Source of the DNA: Schmidtea polychroa
Lineage: Eukaryota
Length of the DNA: 64,000 nt
Assembly (NCBI GenBank): GCA_044892525.1
Contig: CM097888.1
Location: 61,008,001 to 61,072,000 of the forward strand
Direction: 5' to 3'
Shown here: positions 25,441-39,555 of the stretch, in pieces
How positions within the stretch are numbered: the first letter of the stretch is position 1
How the letters are laid out: every line of letters begins with the position of its first letter
Made by a program: the position numbers and the translations under genes
The notes under the pieces: model-generated
Database searches by the model: none
The model's input: only the letters and a program-made list of their open reading frames with translations
What the model was told of the DNA's origin: nothing

Positions 25441-28400
25441 GCTTTGAATGATAACATAAAAATATCTAAAACTGGCTTCTAGACAAAAATTTTACAGTTG
25501 TTCTTTAATTGAATAAACCATATCGTTTAAAACCTTATTTTTAGATATTTTTTAGAGTTTTTAATATTCATATTTATATAACAAGAACTTTTTCTCATTA
25601 TAATTATACTTTTTTCATTACGTAACTTGCACACGCTCTTTGAAGAATATCGTATTTCTTAAGATATCCTAAAGTTATCCTATGAGACTTTAGGATAATT
25701 CTTTTTCATTTGAGAACAAATTAAACAATATATAGAGATTTTTCATTTTTCTTTAGTCTATGTACCATGTTTTTAGTTAAATTGTTAATGAATTGAAGCC
25801 AAAATCCTTAATTATTAAAATCTTTAAAATCCTTAAAAGTCCTTAATTTCCTTAATATCCTTAATTTCTTGATGATGACAGGAAAACTGTCGAAATATAT
25901 CGTGAAAAGAATGTTTGATTGGCGTTTTTTTATAAATTATAAATAATTCAATTTATTTATTATATAATTAAACAAAAACGGCAACAATTAAATTATAAGA
26001 AAGCGCCTTTCGAAAAATGAATTTCATTTACTAGTATGACCTTGACATTTAATATTGCTAATTTCTAATTTAATAGTGTTTTAATTTAACTTGATTATTT
26101 TAATTATATCCATTAATTATTTTATCAGAAAAAATTACAAAAGTATTAATCCAAGTTTTATTATGTATTTAATAATAATTATAAACTGATTTAATAGTTT
26201 TTATAAAATTGACGTAAGCAAGTTAAAATAAAACACCCTTTAATTAGAAATTAACACTATTAAATTAACAATCAACATTCAAATTTAGGGTCACATTAAT
26301 AGATAAAAAATCCTCTAAGCATTAAAGATTAATTACATGAAAAAACTTTGCATTGAGATAATAACATTAACAATAATTGTGATTCTATTAAAATTCATCA
26401 TATTCATAAGAAAGGAAAAATTACTGAAAATATATTCTGTAATTAAAACGCATTATTTTATTAATTAAAAAATTACTTTGAAATACGAATCGTTAACATG
26501 CTAAATCAAACATAAATAAGCTCAAAATATACAAATTGGTTGAGAGGCAAAAATGAAATAGAATCGATCTTTCTTAATTTATTTGACAATAATTACATAT
26601 TGATAAAAAGGAAATCAAATTAAAAATCTAAAAATAATAAAAGCAAAATTCTAAGAAATTATTTCAACTGCAAATTTCTTACAGTCAGTTAAAATGTATC
26701 AGTGAGTAAAAGCAAATTATTGTTGCTATTATTGTAGAATGTTTTCAAAAATTAATTGTTAAAATAAATTCAAACGACACCTTTTGATATATTAAAGGCT
26801 GTTTCATTTTAATTCGAACATTTTTTCATACGAAAAAGAACACTAAAAATCATTTTTGACCCCACGCTTCAATAAAAATATAAATAACATTTTTAAAAAT
26901 CATTCTCCATGATTCAGGGGAAACGACAAGCCAATTACCTTAATAAAAATTATTTATAAAAATATTTTTAAAACTTTAAAAGTATAAAATAAGGTTATTA
27001 ATGAACAAACTAAAGGGTATGACTGAATGTAACGTTTAATTAACATAAATTAACAATAATAAAAAAGGAATTTTAAACCTTTTAATACAGAGATTATTAT
27101 ACAAACAAGAATACATGCCACATTAAACAACTAAGTAACAAAGGATATAGCATATAACCTCTATAAAACTTTAAAATCCTCTAAAAATTCTAGTATTATC
27201 ATTTTGATGTAATAATGTCATTTTGATCAACTTTGTGACCTTGTAATATTATATTTAGAAACCACTTTTCATCATTTTTGAATAAAATTTCTTGAAATTC
27301 GTCGTAAAATCAGGTATAATGAATAAGTACTTATTGTACTTTACTTCTTACTGTTACAGTTCACAACTTCTTTCATTGAAACTGTCGGTAGATTTCCAAG
27401 TGGGCATGAATATAGAATATTTGGCATTTTGATTGACTGATAATTTCCATTCGATTTTACCATTAAATGCATTACCATTAAAATGCATTAAATTTAAATA
27501 CATTACATGTTTATGATGTTATTATTACTTCTTTATTTATCATAGTTTTTAATTAAATAAATATCTAATAAAAAACAATTTTTAAACTAAACATTTATTA
27601 AATGTAATTAATCAATTGTAAAGCATTCTTAAATTTTCGAATATGAGGACTGTACTTAACTATTATGTGAAAAATTATTTGTTATCTTTATTGTACTTGT
27701 TATGAGTAAGAAAATTGTAGTGTACAACCGAGTCACCTTTAAAAAATTGTGTCGGACATTTGGGGTGTCTGTGTGAATTGAATAATAATTACAATGCTAA
27801 AAATTAGTAAAAACGAATCTTAGTTTATCTTTTGATTTCACCCTTGACCTTTTTTATACAATAATTTTCATATTAATATTTATCAAAACAATATATAATA
27901 TACATAATATTTCGGCACAAGCTTTATCAAGTGTGTATTAGTTTAGAATAAAAATGAATTTCATTTCAACAAATAAAAATACAAATATTAAACACTAATC
28001 TTAATTCCAATTCCAATTCCCGAATATTTCATTTCTATTCATAATTTTAATCGTTTTCGTCAGAGTTTTCCAATTTTCCACTCATTTAATTTTTTAATTC
28101 TTTATTTTCAAATTTTTCTTATTGATTTCTTTTTGCTTTTTAAACAATTTCTTTTAATTTCTGATATCTATAGTAAGTTCAAGGCAACTTATTATAGAGT
28201 TTTGATTTTTTAATATTACTTAATAAAATAATGAAATATCATGTATAGTAAAATAACATTGCAAGTACTTATATTTAATTTGGAACTTTAAATGCCTATA
28301 TCTATGTACCAATAAGTATAGTTTCTCAATTTTGTCACTAAGTTCCTATTTATTTCTATACTTAATTTATGAAATATCATTCNNNNNNNNNNNNNNNNNN

Positions 28401-28543
28401 NNNNNNNNNNNNNNNNNNNNNNNNNNNNNNNNNNNNNNNNNNNNNNNNNNNNNNNNNNNNNNNNNNNNNNNNNNNNNNNNNNNNNNNNNNNNNNNNNNNN
28501 NNNNNNNNNNNNNNNNNNNNNNNATATATTTTATTTCTTTTTA

Positions 28544-29172
28544 AACAAGGTTTTGCGACGCCTTGTTATTTTATCGAGTGTAGGCCGCAATGGCAAACGA
28601 ATAAAAAATACTACATATAGGATAATTTACTATGGTAAATTATCGCTATACAAATATCAAAAAAAATAAAAAAATCAATAACTCCATGAAAAAATACAAC
28701 TGAAATAAACCAAAAAAATAACGATAGAAACAGCTTTAAAATAAAATCGACAAGACTAAAAAAGAATAAAAGACAAAGATCCTAATAAATAGCAGAAATA
28801 AAAGAAAGCAAAAGATATCCGAAAACAAAATATTCTTCGAATTTGCTTATATCCGAAACTAAAGAAAACCAAAATACCCTTCGGATTAATTTATATTCAG
28901 ATCTAAAATGAACTAAAATACCCTGAGAACTAAATTATACGCGAGACTAAAGGAAACCTAACTATCCTGAGAATAGAATTATATTCGAAACGAAGTCCAT
29001 ATAAGTGCGTATTATTTTATTTATTTTACTAATAAAAGTTGTTATTGTTTGGTATCCGTTATTGTTAATTTATTATTGTATTTTTATACATTCCTACATA
29101 CATTCACTCCAGCTATCCCGAGACAGTTTATTTACTGGAGACTCGGCTGGGTACTACGATATTTCTTACAGC
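28544..29172 (-). mobile_element. Unclassified interspersed element, copy 1 (DINE-1/HINE-like architecture)
   Basis: Shares with 58322-58857, in opposite orientation, the hairpin block cccagccgagtctcc...ctgtctcgg, a TATG-type repeat, taacaacttttatta, a ~35-bp palindrome and a terminal stem-loop. Confidence 0.6.
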
Positions 29173-29989
29173 ATTCACGAACATATGTACAAGCATAATA
29201 CATATAATATAAGACAAATATAATACGCACAAATANNNNNNNNNNNNNNNNNNNNNNNNNNNNNNNNNNNNNNNNNNNNNNNNNNNNNNNNNNNNNNNNN
29301 NNNNNNNNNNNNNNNNNNNNNNNNNNNNNNNNNNNNNNNNNNNNNNNNNNNNNNNNNNNNNNNTTTTTTAATATTATTATCTTTTATCGAAACTTCCATT
29401 TTAAAATGAATACAATAAATTTTTATAAGTTTTACATTTTCAACATCAGTTGAAAAACACAGTGCCAGATGAGTATACAATGATTTTTGAAATGATTTAC
29501 AAAATGAAATTTAAGCTCTAATTATGATTTATTCCAAGAAATGATGATAAAATTTGTAAATATTAGTTACTCTTGGTGGATAAAATTAGGATTAAGTTTA
29601 CAAAAGATATTACTGTATGACCTACTATTATTATAAATATTTTTATATAAATAAAAATATTATATAACTAATATCTATAATATCATTTAATTAATTTATT
29701 TTGTCTTTAAAAGTGACTTTTGACAGAATTTTCTTAATTAATTTATATAATAATAAATCAGCATGCGAGTTGAATACAGATTATAAATTTCTCATAAAAA
29801 TTAAACGAATTCTTCACATATTTGTTTTATCAAAAGGATATAAATATAGTAATAACGTTTTAATATTTATTTAAATTAATAATAATGCGTTTAATTATTA
29901 AATAATTTTGATCTTATGTTTGCTATCCAAATTTAATTATCGTTGGTAAAAATTCAAATAAATGAGTTAAATTTATTTAAAATATTTAA

Positions 29990-30307
29990 CCTTTCGCGAC
30001 GTGTTGTTTTCCTATTAAAGGTTATGGTTAAGAAGGACAGTTTTCTATAAACTTAGATAGTTATCAAGTATGTAAACGTTCTTGTGCCCACTATGAAATA
30101 AGAACTACTACTGACATATTCATACATGACAAATATAACAACAGACAAGTTTAAACTTGCCTATAAACACAAATAAACATATGTAACAAATAAAATGGAA
30201 TCGTCCGGCATTCGTTGCTTAAATATAATGAAATCGGATAAATACAGTCTTCGACTATTTGTCAAGATTTTCTTCCACAGGAATATACGGTCTTTGACGG
30301 GAAAAGG
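29990..30307. mobile_element. piggyBac-type MITE, 318 bp
   Basis: TTAA on both sides (29986-29989 and 30308-30311), with imperfect TIRs CCTTTCGCGACG / GACGGGAAAAGG. A second, 5'-truncated copy is at 37471-37659. Confidence 0.7.
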
Positions 30308-30639
30308 TTAATATAATGCAATAATGGATAATTAATATAATATGTAATCTTTAATATAATATAATATATTTAAAAGATACGTTTGGTTAAATTAGATAAA
30401 TTATGCAACATTCGAATGAAAAAAGTCAATTTTTAAAATACATTGAAATAAAAACATCGTTTTGTCAAATAAAATTCAATTCAAGATTTTCCACGTCAAT
30501 AATAACAATATTTAATAATATTTAATAATATTTAGTAATAACAATATTTGTGAGAGGCAAGCACAATGTTATCTTTGACTCCTTACGATCATTTGATTTA
30601 ACATGATTTAAACAGGTTTATCAATCATAGATTACCATT

Positions 30640-31272
30640 TCAAATTATAAAATTTGAAAGAGAAACTCGTAGTTCTTCTACTGACAATAAATAGATCGCA
30701 ACCATGATATTTTCGGGTAGTCTTGTTATCTTTCATTAGTTTCACGTCGATCTCTTTTTCTTCAGTGGTTATTGTCAATTCTTCATTGAAACTTTTAATC
30801 TGTGGTCTTTTACCAATTTGTCCATTTTTATCTCACATATCATAATTTCCGTTGTCTGTCTGTATGGATATAACACTATTAAAAAAATTACATTGATAAA
30901 TACCAAAATGTATAAAAAATGTCCAAAAATGATAGTCCAGTTGCATTTTAGCCTTTTTCTCAAAATGTTTGTCAATAGAGAATAAAAAAAATTTTTTTGT
31001 AAAACCTTTTACAGTAAAAACACATTAAATAATTTTATTTTATTGATTGAACAAATAACAAAACTGCGTTTTAAGTATCACTGTTACGTATAAAAGAAAT
31101 TACGATTTAAAGTCAAACTGGACTATCATTTTTGGACAGAGTATTTTATACTACTCTATATAAGTAGATAAATTTATAAAAAAAAATAATTTTAGTTAAA
31201 GAGACCTCTTCATTGTCACTTCTCATTGAAACGTTTAATCTGTGGTCTTTTTACAAATTTGTCCATTTTTAA
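30640..31272 (-). mobile_element. Tc1-like relics: two partial copies with a perfect 23-bp inverted repeat
   Basis: tgtccaaaaatgatagtccagtt (30920-30942) is the exact reverse complement of 31116-31138. A ~60-bp direct repeat lies at ~30773-30830 and ~31213-31270. The minus strand reads GKRPQIK...TTEEKEIDVKLMKDNKTTRK...VSRRT, like a Tc1 N-terminal HTH. Confidence 0.5.
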
Positions 31273-34200
31273 ATGTACTTTAAAATAAAAAATAATTATT
31301 TGATTCTTTAAAATAACATTGATTACTCAATGACAAGATGCATGTCAAACAATTTAATTATATTCTGGTCACAATAAATAACTTTAATTTTAATTAATTT
31401 TAATTAATTTGATAATTACAAACATCTGCATTATCAGTAGCCAGTCGTAAATCAAGTTTTCTACGAATAATTATTAAATATTTAAGAATTTAATGGCACA
31501 ATCGAAGAGCACCCCGAAATTATGAAAACGGTAGGTTATATGTTATTTATTTGATTATATACGAATGTAAACATTATTTTATTTTTATCATTAATCATTG
31601 GTTTCATATGCTTTGTAATCATTCAATGAAAATTTGGTGATAGGGCTCTCACTTTTATGTCATTATTTATTGCCGATTGCCGATTGGTGTATGGATTATG
31701 TGAATTATTTTACTGTCATTTTATTGACATACTCTCATTGAAATATTTTTTAAAATTAGAGTAAAACAATAATGATTCACTAGTAAAACAATAAATTACT
31801 AAAATAAAATATATTTTCTCCTTGATAACATTTTAATATATTGTAATTTCATTGCTAGAATAATAACAATAAGTAATATTATAGAGATTTTGTCTTTTTA
31901 TTGTCAATTCTTTTGTTTGCAGAATTGCCAATGGCATTTATTTAAATAATTAAGCAGCCTGAAAACCTGTTTAAATAGTTTATTCTTTATTAGTTTTATA
32001 TAAAAATATATATAAGTTTCATCTATAATAATGATTTTATGTAGCAGCAAAAATTAAATTTTAAACAGATAAATAATACTAGTACATAAAAAAATATATT
32101 TAACACTCTTAAGCAGGAATTGGATTCCTGGAATTTGAAGCAAATTTAGATTTTCGGGGTAAATGACCCTGGGATAGAAATCAAAAATAATGATGTATCT
32201 TTAAGCTTAGATGTGTTTACATTATTAGAACATTGACTACAGTAATAATTTCAGAAAGTAATATTTCCTAAAATCTTGTAACAATTTAAGGTGTCTTTTC
32301 TTAATTAAAAATTTTATTAAAGCAATAAATCAAGTATAAAATAATGTTAGTACTTGCCTATAATAATTACCAAAATATATCTTAAATTTCTTAAATCACT
32401 TAAAAATATATTTTTCAAATTTATATAATATTAAAAAATAATATGGAATTAAATGAACAAGTATCAAATGAACAAGTCGAAATACAATATAGGATTATAA
32501 GGATAAAGTATTTATTGTATTCTCAATTAACAACTGTCGAAATTGAATGTCAAGAATAATCGTTAAAAGGCATAAAAGATTGAAAAATATTAATTTAAAA
32601 CTACTTTTCCCATTTGACTTTTCTAAAGTGTTTTTACATGCTTTTTTCTGCTCTTCCATTTAAATTTTCTATTATGAACAAAACTGAAATTTAAATCTGG
32701 CATTGAATTAAATTCATTAGAATTTGCGAATTCTTCATCATTTGATTAGCTAGAACTGCACAGGAACGCAATGTTTATACAAAGATATATACAATGACAA
32801 ATTTATTTACAATCAAGGTGTTCATTTATCCCAAGCAAAGACACGTTGTGATTTGACTGCTATTTTTGTAAATGTATACTTTTTCTACATAACCACTATT
32901 AATTAGTAGTTTTTAATTGAATAAATTGTAATATTTTTCAGTAAATTTCAGTAAAAACAAGCGAACTAATATAAAACAAATTATTAAATTCATTTTTATA
33001 TTAGAAAAATACGAAATTTTAATTTAATTTAAACTAATTTGATTAACATAAATATGTTATAAATATATTTATATAAATTTCAAACAAATAAACCAAGCAG
33101 ATTTATTTATTTATTATTATTTATAATTGCAATTTCATGCAATCATATCGACGGCAACAGGATTACATAGCATCGGCAACATCTGAGCCATTATTAATAT
33201 TATAATAAAATGATCCCCAAACATTTAAGTATTATTATCCACAGTTTTATTTATCGTTTAATACTTTGTAATAAAGTCTTCGTATTGGATTTATTTATTT
33301 TCTCAAATTTACACCCCCAAAAACACATTATGAAAAGTGTATAGTGAAATTTCATTATAAAATAGTTTTATTTAATAATTCAGTATACATTTATTAATTA
33401 TGCAATTTTTATATATCATCTATAAAATTGTCATTTAATTACAATTCATAACAATTATATGCTTTAAGTAATTGTTTTAACAACCATTTAATTACAGCTT
33501 AGTTACAGTGAATTTTATACAGGCGGAGTTGAAGCTAATTTGACGGGAAATAATAAAATCACAATGAAATTCCTTCTATTAAATAGTTCACTAGATTAAT
33601 TTATGGAAAAAACACATATTTTTATTTACTCCGAACTATCATAATTTGTTTTTTCCTGTAAAAGTTATTTTTATATTATTACTAGCAATAAAATAAACAC
33701 AATTAAAAGATTATTACACAAAATATCATTGTTTACAATTTATAAAATATGAGACAAAGAAATATAATTATCTAAGAGTTTTCAAAAACTATTGACAACT
33801 TATTACTTGTAAGGTTTTGATGATAAAATATTTTAACTCAAAAATCGAAAAACAAATAAATATATTTCAATGAAAAGGATTATACTTATAGATCTTTAAG
33901 TATAATCCTTATTATTGAAGTTATTTAGTGTATGGTGATGATAGTTGAGGTGTCGAAATATATTTCAAAAATATATTTAAAAAATCGTGTTCCTTTATTT
34001 AAATATTAAATTTATTAAATTTTAATATATTTAATCTAAACTCATAAATTGTAAGTAACTGAAATTGTTAATTAAATTAAGCATATAAAAAAGGTAAATT
34101 TGATTAACATCCTATTAGTGATAGAACCTTATAAATATAATAATTCTTTTATATATAAGATTTATTGAAATTTATTGATAAACTTGTCTAAAATAATCAT

Positions 34201-37200
34201 GAAATGCGTTATTTTATTTTCTGAAAATAATAATAAATTTAAATTTATTTTTTAATTATTTTCTTTTGTTATAATTCTGTGTTAAACTGGGCATTTTTTA
34301 GCTATTCTTTTAAATTATTGAATATTTTCTAATAATTAAAGTTGATCTTTGGTTTATAATAAGTCTGAAAGGATGTTAAGTATATTAAAGAGTATGATAT
34401 ACAAAGAATATACAAAGAATTTGATATAAGTATTATTAATTAGAATATTTTTTGTAATTCTTATTTAAAATAAATTCATATTATCAATCACACATAATTA
34501 TGTTTAAATAATCAGAAATATAAAAAAACTAAATTTTAAATATGAATAAATATTCTAATTATTGTGACCATTTTTATTTGAAAAACTAAGCCCAAAAGAC
34601 ACAATTCCTACAAAATTCAAATCATTGCAAATTAAATTAAATTTTACTATGATACATTTATATTTTATAATTAAACTAAATCATAAATATTCAAATAATC
34701 AAAATTCTGAAAGATCACTTAATTCCTCTTAATTATAGAGAATGCATTTTTACTTTAAGATGTTAAAAATCAATATAATATTTTAATTTTTGACATTTTA
34801 TATCATAAAAATTTCATTGACTAATATTATTTTTCGACCTTTCGAATCCTTCTGTTTTTGTTTTCTATTTTATTTTAATTTTATACATAATATAAATAAG
34901 TTATCATTCTGAAAATTGAGGATTTCTATATAAAATTATGTAAAAATTAACTTTAACATAAAATCCAATTAAATTTTCTAAGATTATTATTTTTCTGAAA
35001 AAGATATTATTTTTTATTTTTCAGGATCATTTTCTGGATGTTATTTCTGTATTTAGTTAGGCTTCACTTAATACTATTAAAAAATCAATTAAATTAAATT
35101 AAAATATTTAATAACGAAAATATATAACAATTTTAAATCTATTTTCGAATATAAATTACTAAAGTTTGTACATTAAAAAGTATTAATAAGCAACTAGCAC
35201 ATTATCTAACATTTTAACATACAACAAGAATACAACTATTTTGTATTCATTGCAATTTCTAATATCAGCATAATTTTTAAGCTTATTTGGATCCCATCAG
35301 TGCTATATAATGAACTCGATCCAACCCAAAGTAAATCCGAAAAGCAAATGACAGAACCTGTCTACTTTACCACTGGGTTGTATTGAACGTTACATTTATG
35401 TTGCTTTAACTAACTATATTAATACATTTCATATTTTACTAAAAAAGCATATCAGAAACCAATTACATTTTCAATGAAAATTTTTCATTTTATGAAATCG
35501 ATATAATCGATATTTTCGCCACTAGCTTTTTAAAGTGAATTAGGCACTACCGAAAATTTNNNNNNNNNNNNNNNNNNNNNNNNNNNNNNNNNNNNNNNNN
35601 NNNNNNNNNNNNNNNNNNNNNNNNNNNNNNNNNNNNNNNNNNNNNNNNNNNNNNNNNNNNNNNNNNNNNNNNNNNNNNNNNNNNNNNNNNNNNNNNNNNN
35701 NNNNNNNNNNNNNNNNNNNNNNNNNNATATTGATAATATAAGTATAGATTTTATAATATAAGTAACATACAAGCTTGCTATTGTTGAATACCTTGTTACG
35801 TTGAAAATTACCTTTATTATAGGATTAAAAATGACTGATTTAGAGAAATCTCTCATCATGAAATTCCTACAATAAAAACGCTACCAAACTATTGATCAAC
35901 AAAATTGTTGCGTTCGATAGTACCTAAAAATATGTTCTTTTTTAAATTTAATTATTTACTAATTGTAGCTTCATTATTGCTTCTTATTGTAGGTTCATTC
36001 ATAGAATAAAATTTGGCAACATCTACTATTCTTTCTTTATTACAGGTAGACGGTCCAAAATTTCAATTTTCGTTTCTAAAGATATAACTTTTCTCTTCAT
36101 CTCTGTTTTGATAATTTTTTCTTTTTCTACGGTAAAACTAGAACTTTAAAAAAAATCAAAAAATGTTACACGACAAATTCTTATTTACTAACTTAGAATA
36201 ACTTTACGTATGAGTTAATTATGACAATTAGAGTTTAAAATGTGTATAATTAATGACAAAATTTGAATATTAAAAGAAGAATTCCCATTTTTTGTATTTT
36301 TATCAAAGTACATACATAGTATACATTTTTTAAGTTATAATAATATGTATAAAACTTAAATATTACTCGATTATAATTAAGCAGATATAAATTCGCATGA
36401 GGTCAAAATTAACCATTTTCGGAAAAAAAGTTTTTTAGAAACTGTGTAAGATCGAAAACTTGTTAAACGAGTACCATGCTAAACGGGGGATAGGTGTACT
36501 AATTTACTTACTTAATTCACAGTCAAATAAAATGTAACATTTAAATGAAATATCCGTTTATTTGTTTATTTCAGAAATTACAGAAAAAGTTCACTATTGC
36601 ACAAAAAAGCAAATTCACTTATTAAGTTTAGCATATTATTAGCATATTATTAAATTACTATTATTTAAAAATATTTGATTAAAATAATACAAATTAAAAA
36701 TATTTTAATAAAATTTAAAAATTTCGTTTTCTATTCCTTTAATAATATTCCCACAATATAAAATGTTCTTAATATTTACACCAATTTTTACACAATATTT
36801 ACCTAGTCCTAACTTAAAAGCAAAATTTCTTTCCTTCTTTCTATTTAAAATTGCAACCAAGATAACTTACAAACAGAAACAAAGTATACAAAAAAATAAA
36901 TTACTGTATCATGAAATTTAAAAAGGAAAAAGGGAGAAAATAAAAATATTTAATGAGTTAAAAGAAAAATTGTCGTTATTTTATTTCCAATTATAACAAT
37001 TTTAACCAATTACAATATAATAAAATATTCAATAAAAATCCTAGTGCATATATTTCTAGATAATTAATACATTTTTAAGACCATTGGTAGAATAATCCCG
37101 ATTGGATAATAATATTTCATATGGTCATGCCTCATTAAAATTGGAAATTCCTCCTCAACTTTTTTACGATAATTCTAAAATTTCAATTTAATTACCCTAA

Positions 37201-37470
37201 TACTCACGGATTGGTGGATTTAGGTAAGAATTGGTTATTCACATTAGAGTCCGCTAAAACCCATACTGAAATCTCTACAAATATTCTGACACATCTACTG
37301 GAATAACATGTTGATTCCTTAGTTTATTTTCAAAACATGAATAAGATATTTTTTAATTTAACCAGAATTGTCAAAGTACCAAAATCACAAATCTAGGTGC
37401 CAGGCAATTTATTTACCTAGTATCGACCATTTCAAAAATAAAAAAAGTGGAGGGGCCATTTAATTTTTTA

Positions 37471-37659
37471 TTCATACATGATAAATAAAATAACAGACAA
37501 ATATCAACTTGCCTATAAACACAAATAAACATATCTAATACATAACGCGGAAGCGTACGGCATTCGTCGCTTAAATATAATGAAATCGAATAAATACCGT
37601 CTTCGACTATTCGTCACAATTTTCTTTAACGGAAATATACGGTCTTCGACACGAAAAGG
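37471..37659. mobile_element. Truncated second copy of the 29990 piggyBac-type MITE
   Basis: High similarity to 30119-30307, ending CGAAAAGG-TTAA. Confidence 0.75.
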
Positions 37660-39555
37660 TTAAATGAAGTTAAGTTTTTTTAAATTTTTTTTAAAATTTC
37701 TTAACAATGTTTTTGATGAATTTTTATCTTTATTATTTGTTGTAATTAAAGATTCTTATAAAGTTCATAGTAACATATTTGATAACTCGGGGATATTACT
37801 GTAATTCTTTTAAGCTAACCCAATATTACAATATAAAATAAATTATTATTTGACACATGATAATAATAATTAATAATTACAAGTGGACGCGTGACTCACA
37901 AAGTATAACACCTTTAACTAGATATCTATTATAAAAATTGAATTAAGAATTTTTCTATATAATTTTTATTCAATCGAGATTTTTAATGGCAATGAAAGAC
38001 TTGGGATTTGTTTGTTGAACTCTCGATAAATTTATCTCCTACTGGTATTGTTCCCGCATCGTCAAAATGGTACATTGGTTATAACTCTTCCATACAGTAG
38101 GTTTCCTACTGTATTTTTCCTTGCATATTAATTGTGCATTTGTTAACTATAAGTAATAAATTATTAACCCCTTATTTTAGTTCAAATAAAATAGCTAAAT
38201 AAATGAAATATAAAAATAAATATAAATTTTATGATAATTAAAATTACACTAAATGAAACAAAGTTAAAATTAAAAGTAAATATTCTTAAATAAAAAATTG
38301 CATTATTAATTAGTTTCAATAGTAGATCTAAAATTTACGGCACCCATTATTATGAAGAAAATAATCTACGGCGCCAAATGTGATAATAACAAGAAAGTGG
38401 CGTGCACAGTTCTCATTAATGTTTCCTTACATCTAGAAACACTTTCATCAAGTCAGAAGAACATCCAAATAATTTTTCAGTTTTATTTATCTTGCCATAA
38501 GGGCGACGCCACATAACCTATAATTTAAAGACCTTGGAGTTAATAATTTAATTTTTAGTTTTTATTTCATAAAACAAATTAAATACGTAATGATTCGACT
38601 TAATCAAACTCGCATATTTCAGTGGCGTATTAATTTATAAATTTATTAATATTATGGTCAATAACCAAAATAAAATTTAACAAAATAAATAATCACAATG
38701 TACTGAGAGTACAGACTACAGTGTACAGACATATGTCACAGTATTAAATTTACAGTAAATAAAATAAAGGAAAAAAGTGTCTTTTGTTTTTTCTTATTTA
38801 GATGGATGATCTTTTAGGTACTTGACTTCAACAAATATTTGTACATGAAAAATCCAATGGAGGGTTATAATATAAATTAGGGATGAAATATTTTAATAAA
38901 ACCTTTATTTTGGTTTTTTATGAGAATTGTATGAGAATAAAAGAATTAAAGAAAATGGACGAAGAACTTCAAAATTTTAATAAGCTAATTGATTCCTATC
39001 AAAAAGATATTGATTGTAACAAAAAACCCTTGAATATGAGTTTAAGCCGTGGTACAAAAATTTGAAGAAATTAAAATCAAACCGACTACTGCTGTGTATT
39101 ACTGATCAGTTTTTTGATCAGTAATACATTAGCAATATGTGATACAATTTTTATAAAAATATTTATATATTTATATATTAAAAGAACTATTTTTTTCCAA
39201 TCTCACCACTGATTATTTTATTCAAAAGAGAGCTTGAAGACTATAAATCAGTAATATATAGATGTTTTTTGATACTCATGGGTTTTCGGCTCTGCCTTTT
39301 TCAAGTGAATTTGATCATTATTGCATTTATCAATTATTGCTGCGAAAAAAAATTATTTCATATTTTATAATAAATTTATTGGTTTAATTATATTTTAATT
39401 ACCCAAATTATATTTCCTATTTTATATATTTTATTTTATAAAAAAACGATTTTTTATTTTTATATATTTTAATTTTAAATTTTAAATTTAAATCCAAATT
39501 CAAACCTTAATTTAAACTTAAATCCAAATTCAAATAAACGTCTCAGGGATTTTTT

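Noticed and set aside
25801-25870. Tandem ~9-bp TCCTTAA repeats as CRISPR-like or functional array
   Set aside because: Degenerate simple minisatellite without unique spacers, in a eukaryotic context. No CRISPR, tRNA or rRNA was recognisable anywhere in the window.
31487-31530. Isolated AG/GT-bounded open 44-nt exon candidate (FNGTIEEHPEIMKT)
   Set aside because: No recognisable homology or partner exons. A hidden small-exon gene between 8 and 43 kb cannot be excluded without RNA data.
38093-38113. Perfect palindrome TACAGTAGG-TTT-CCTACTGTA resembling collapsed Tigger ends
   Set aside because: Too short to distinguish from chance.
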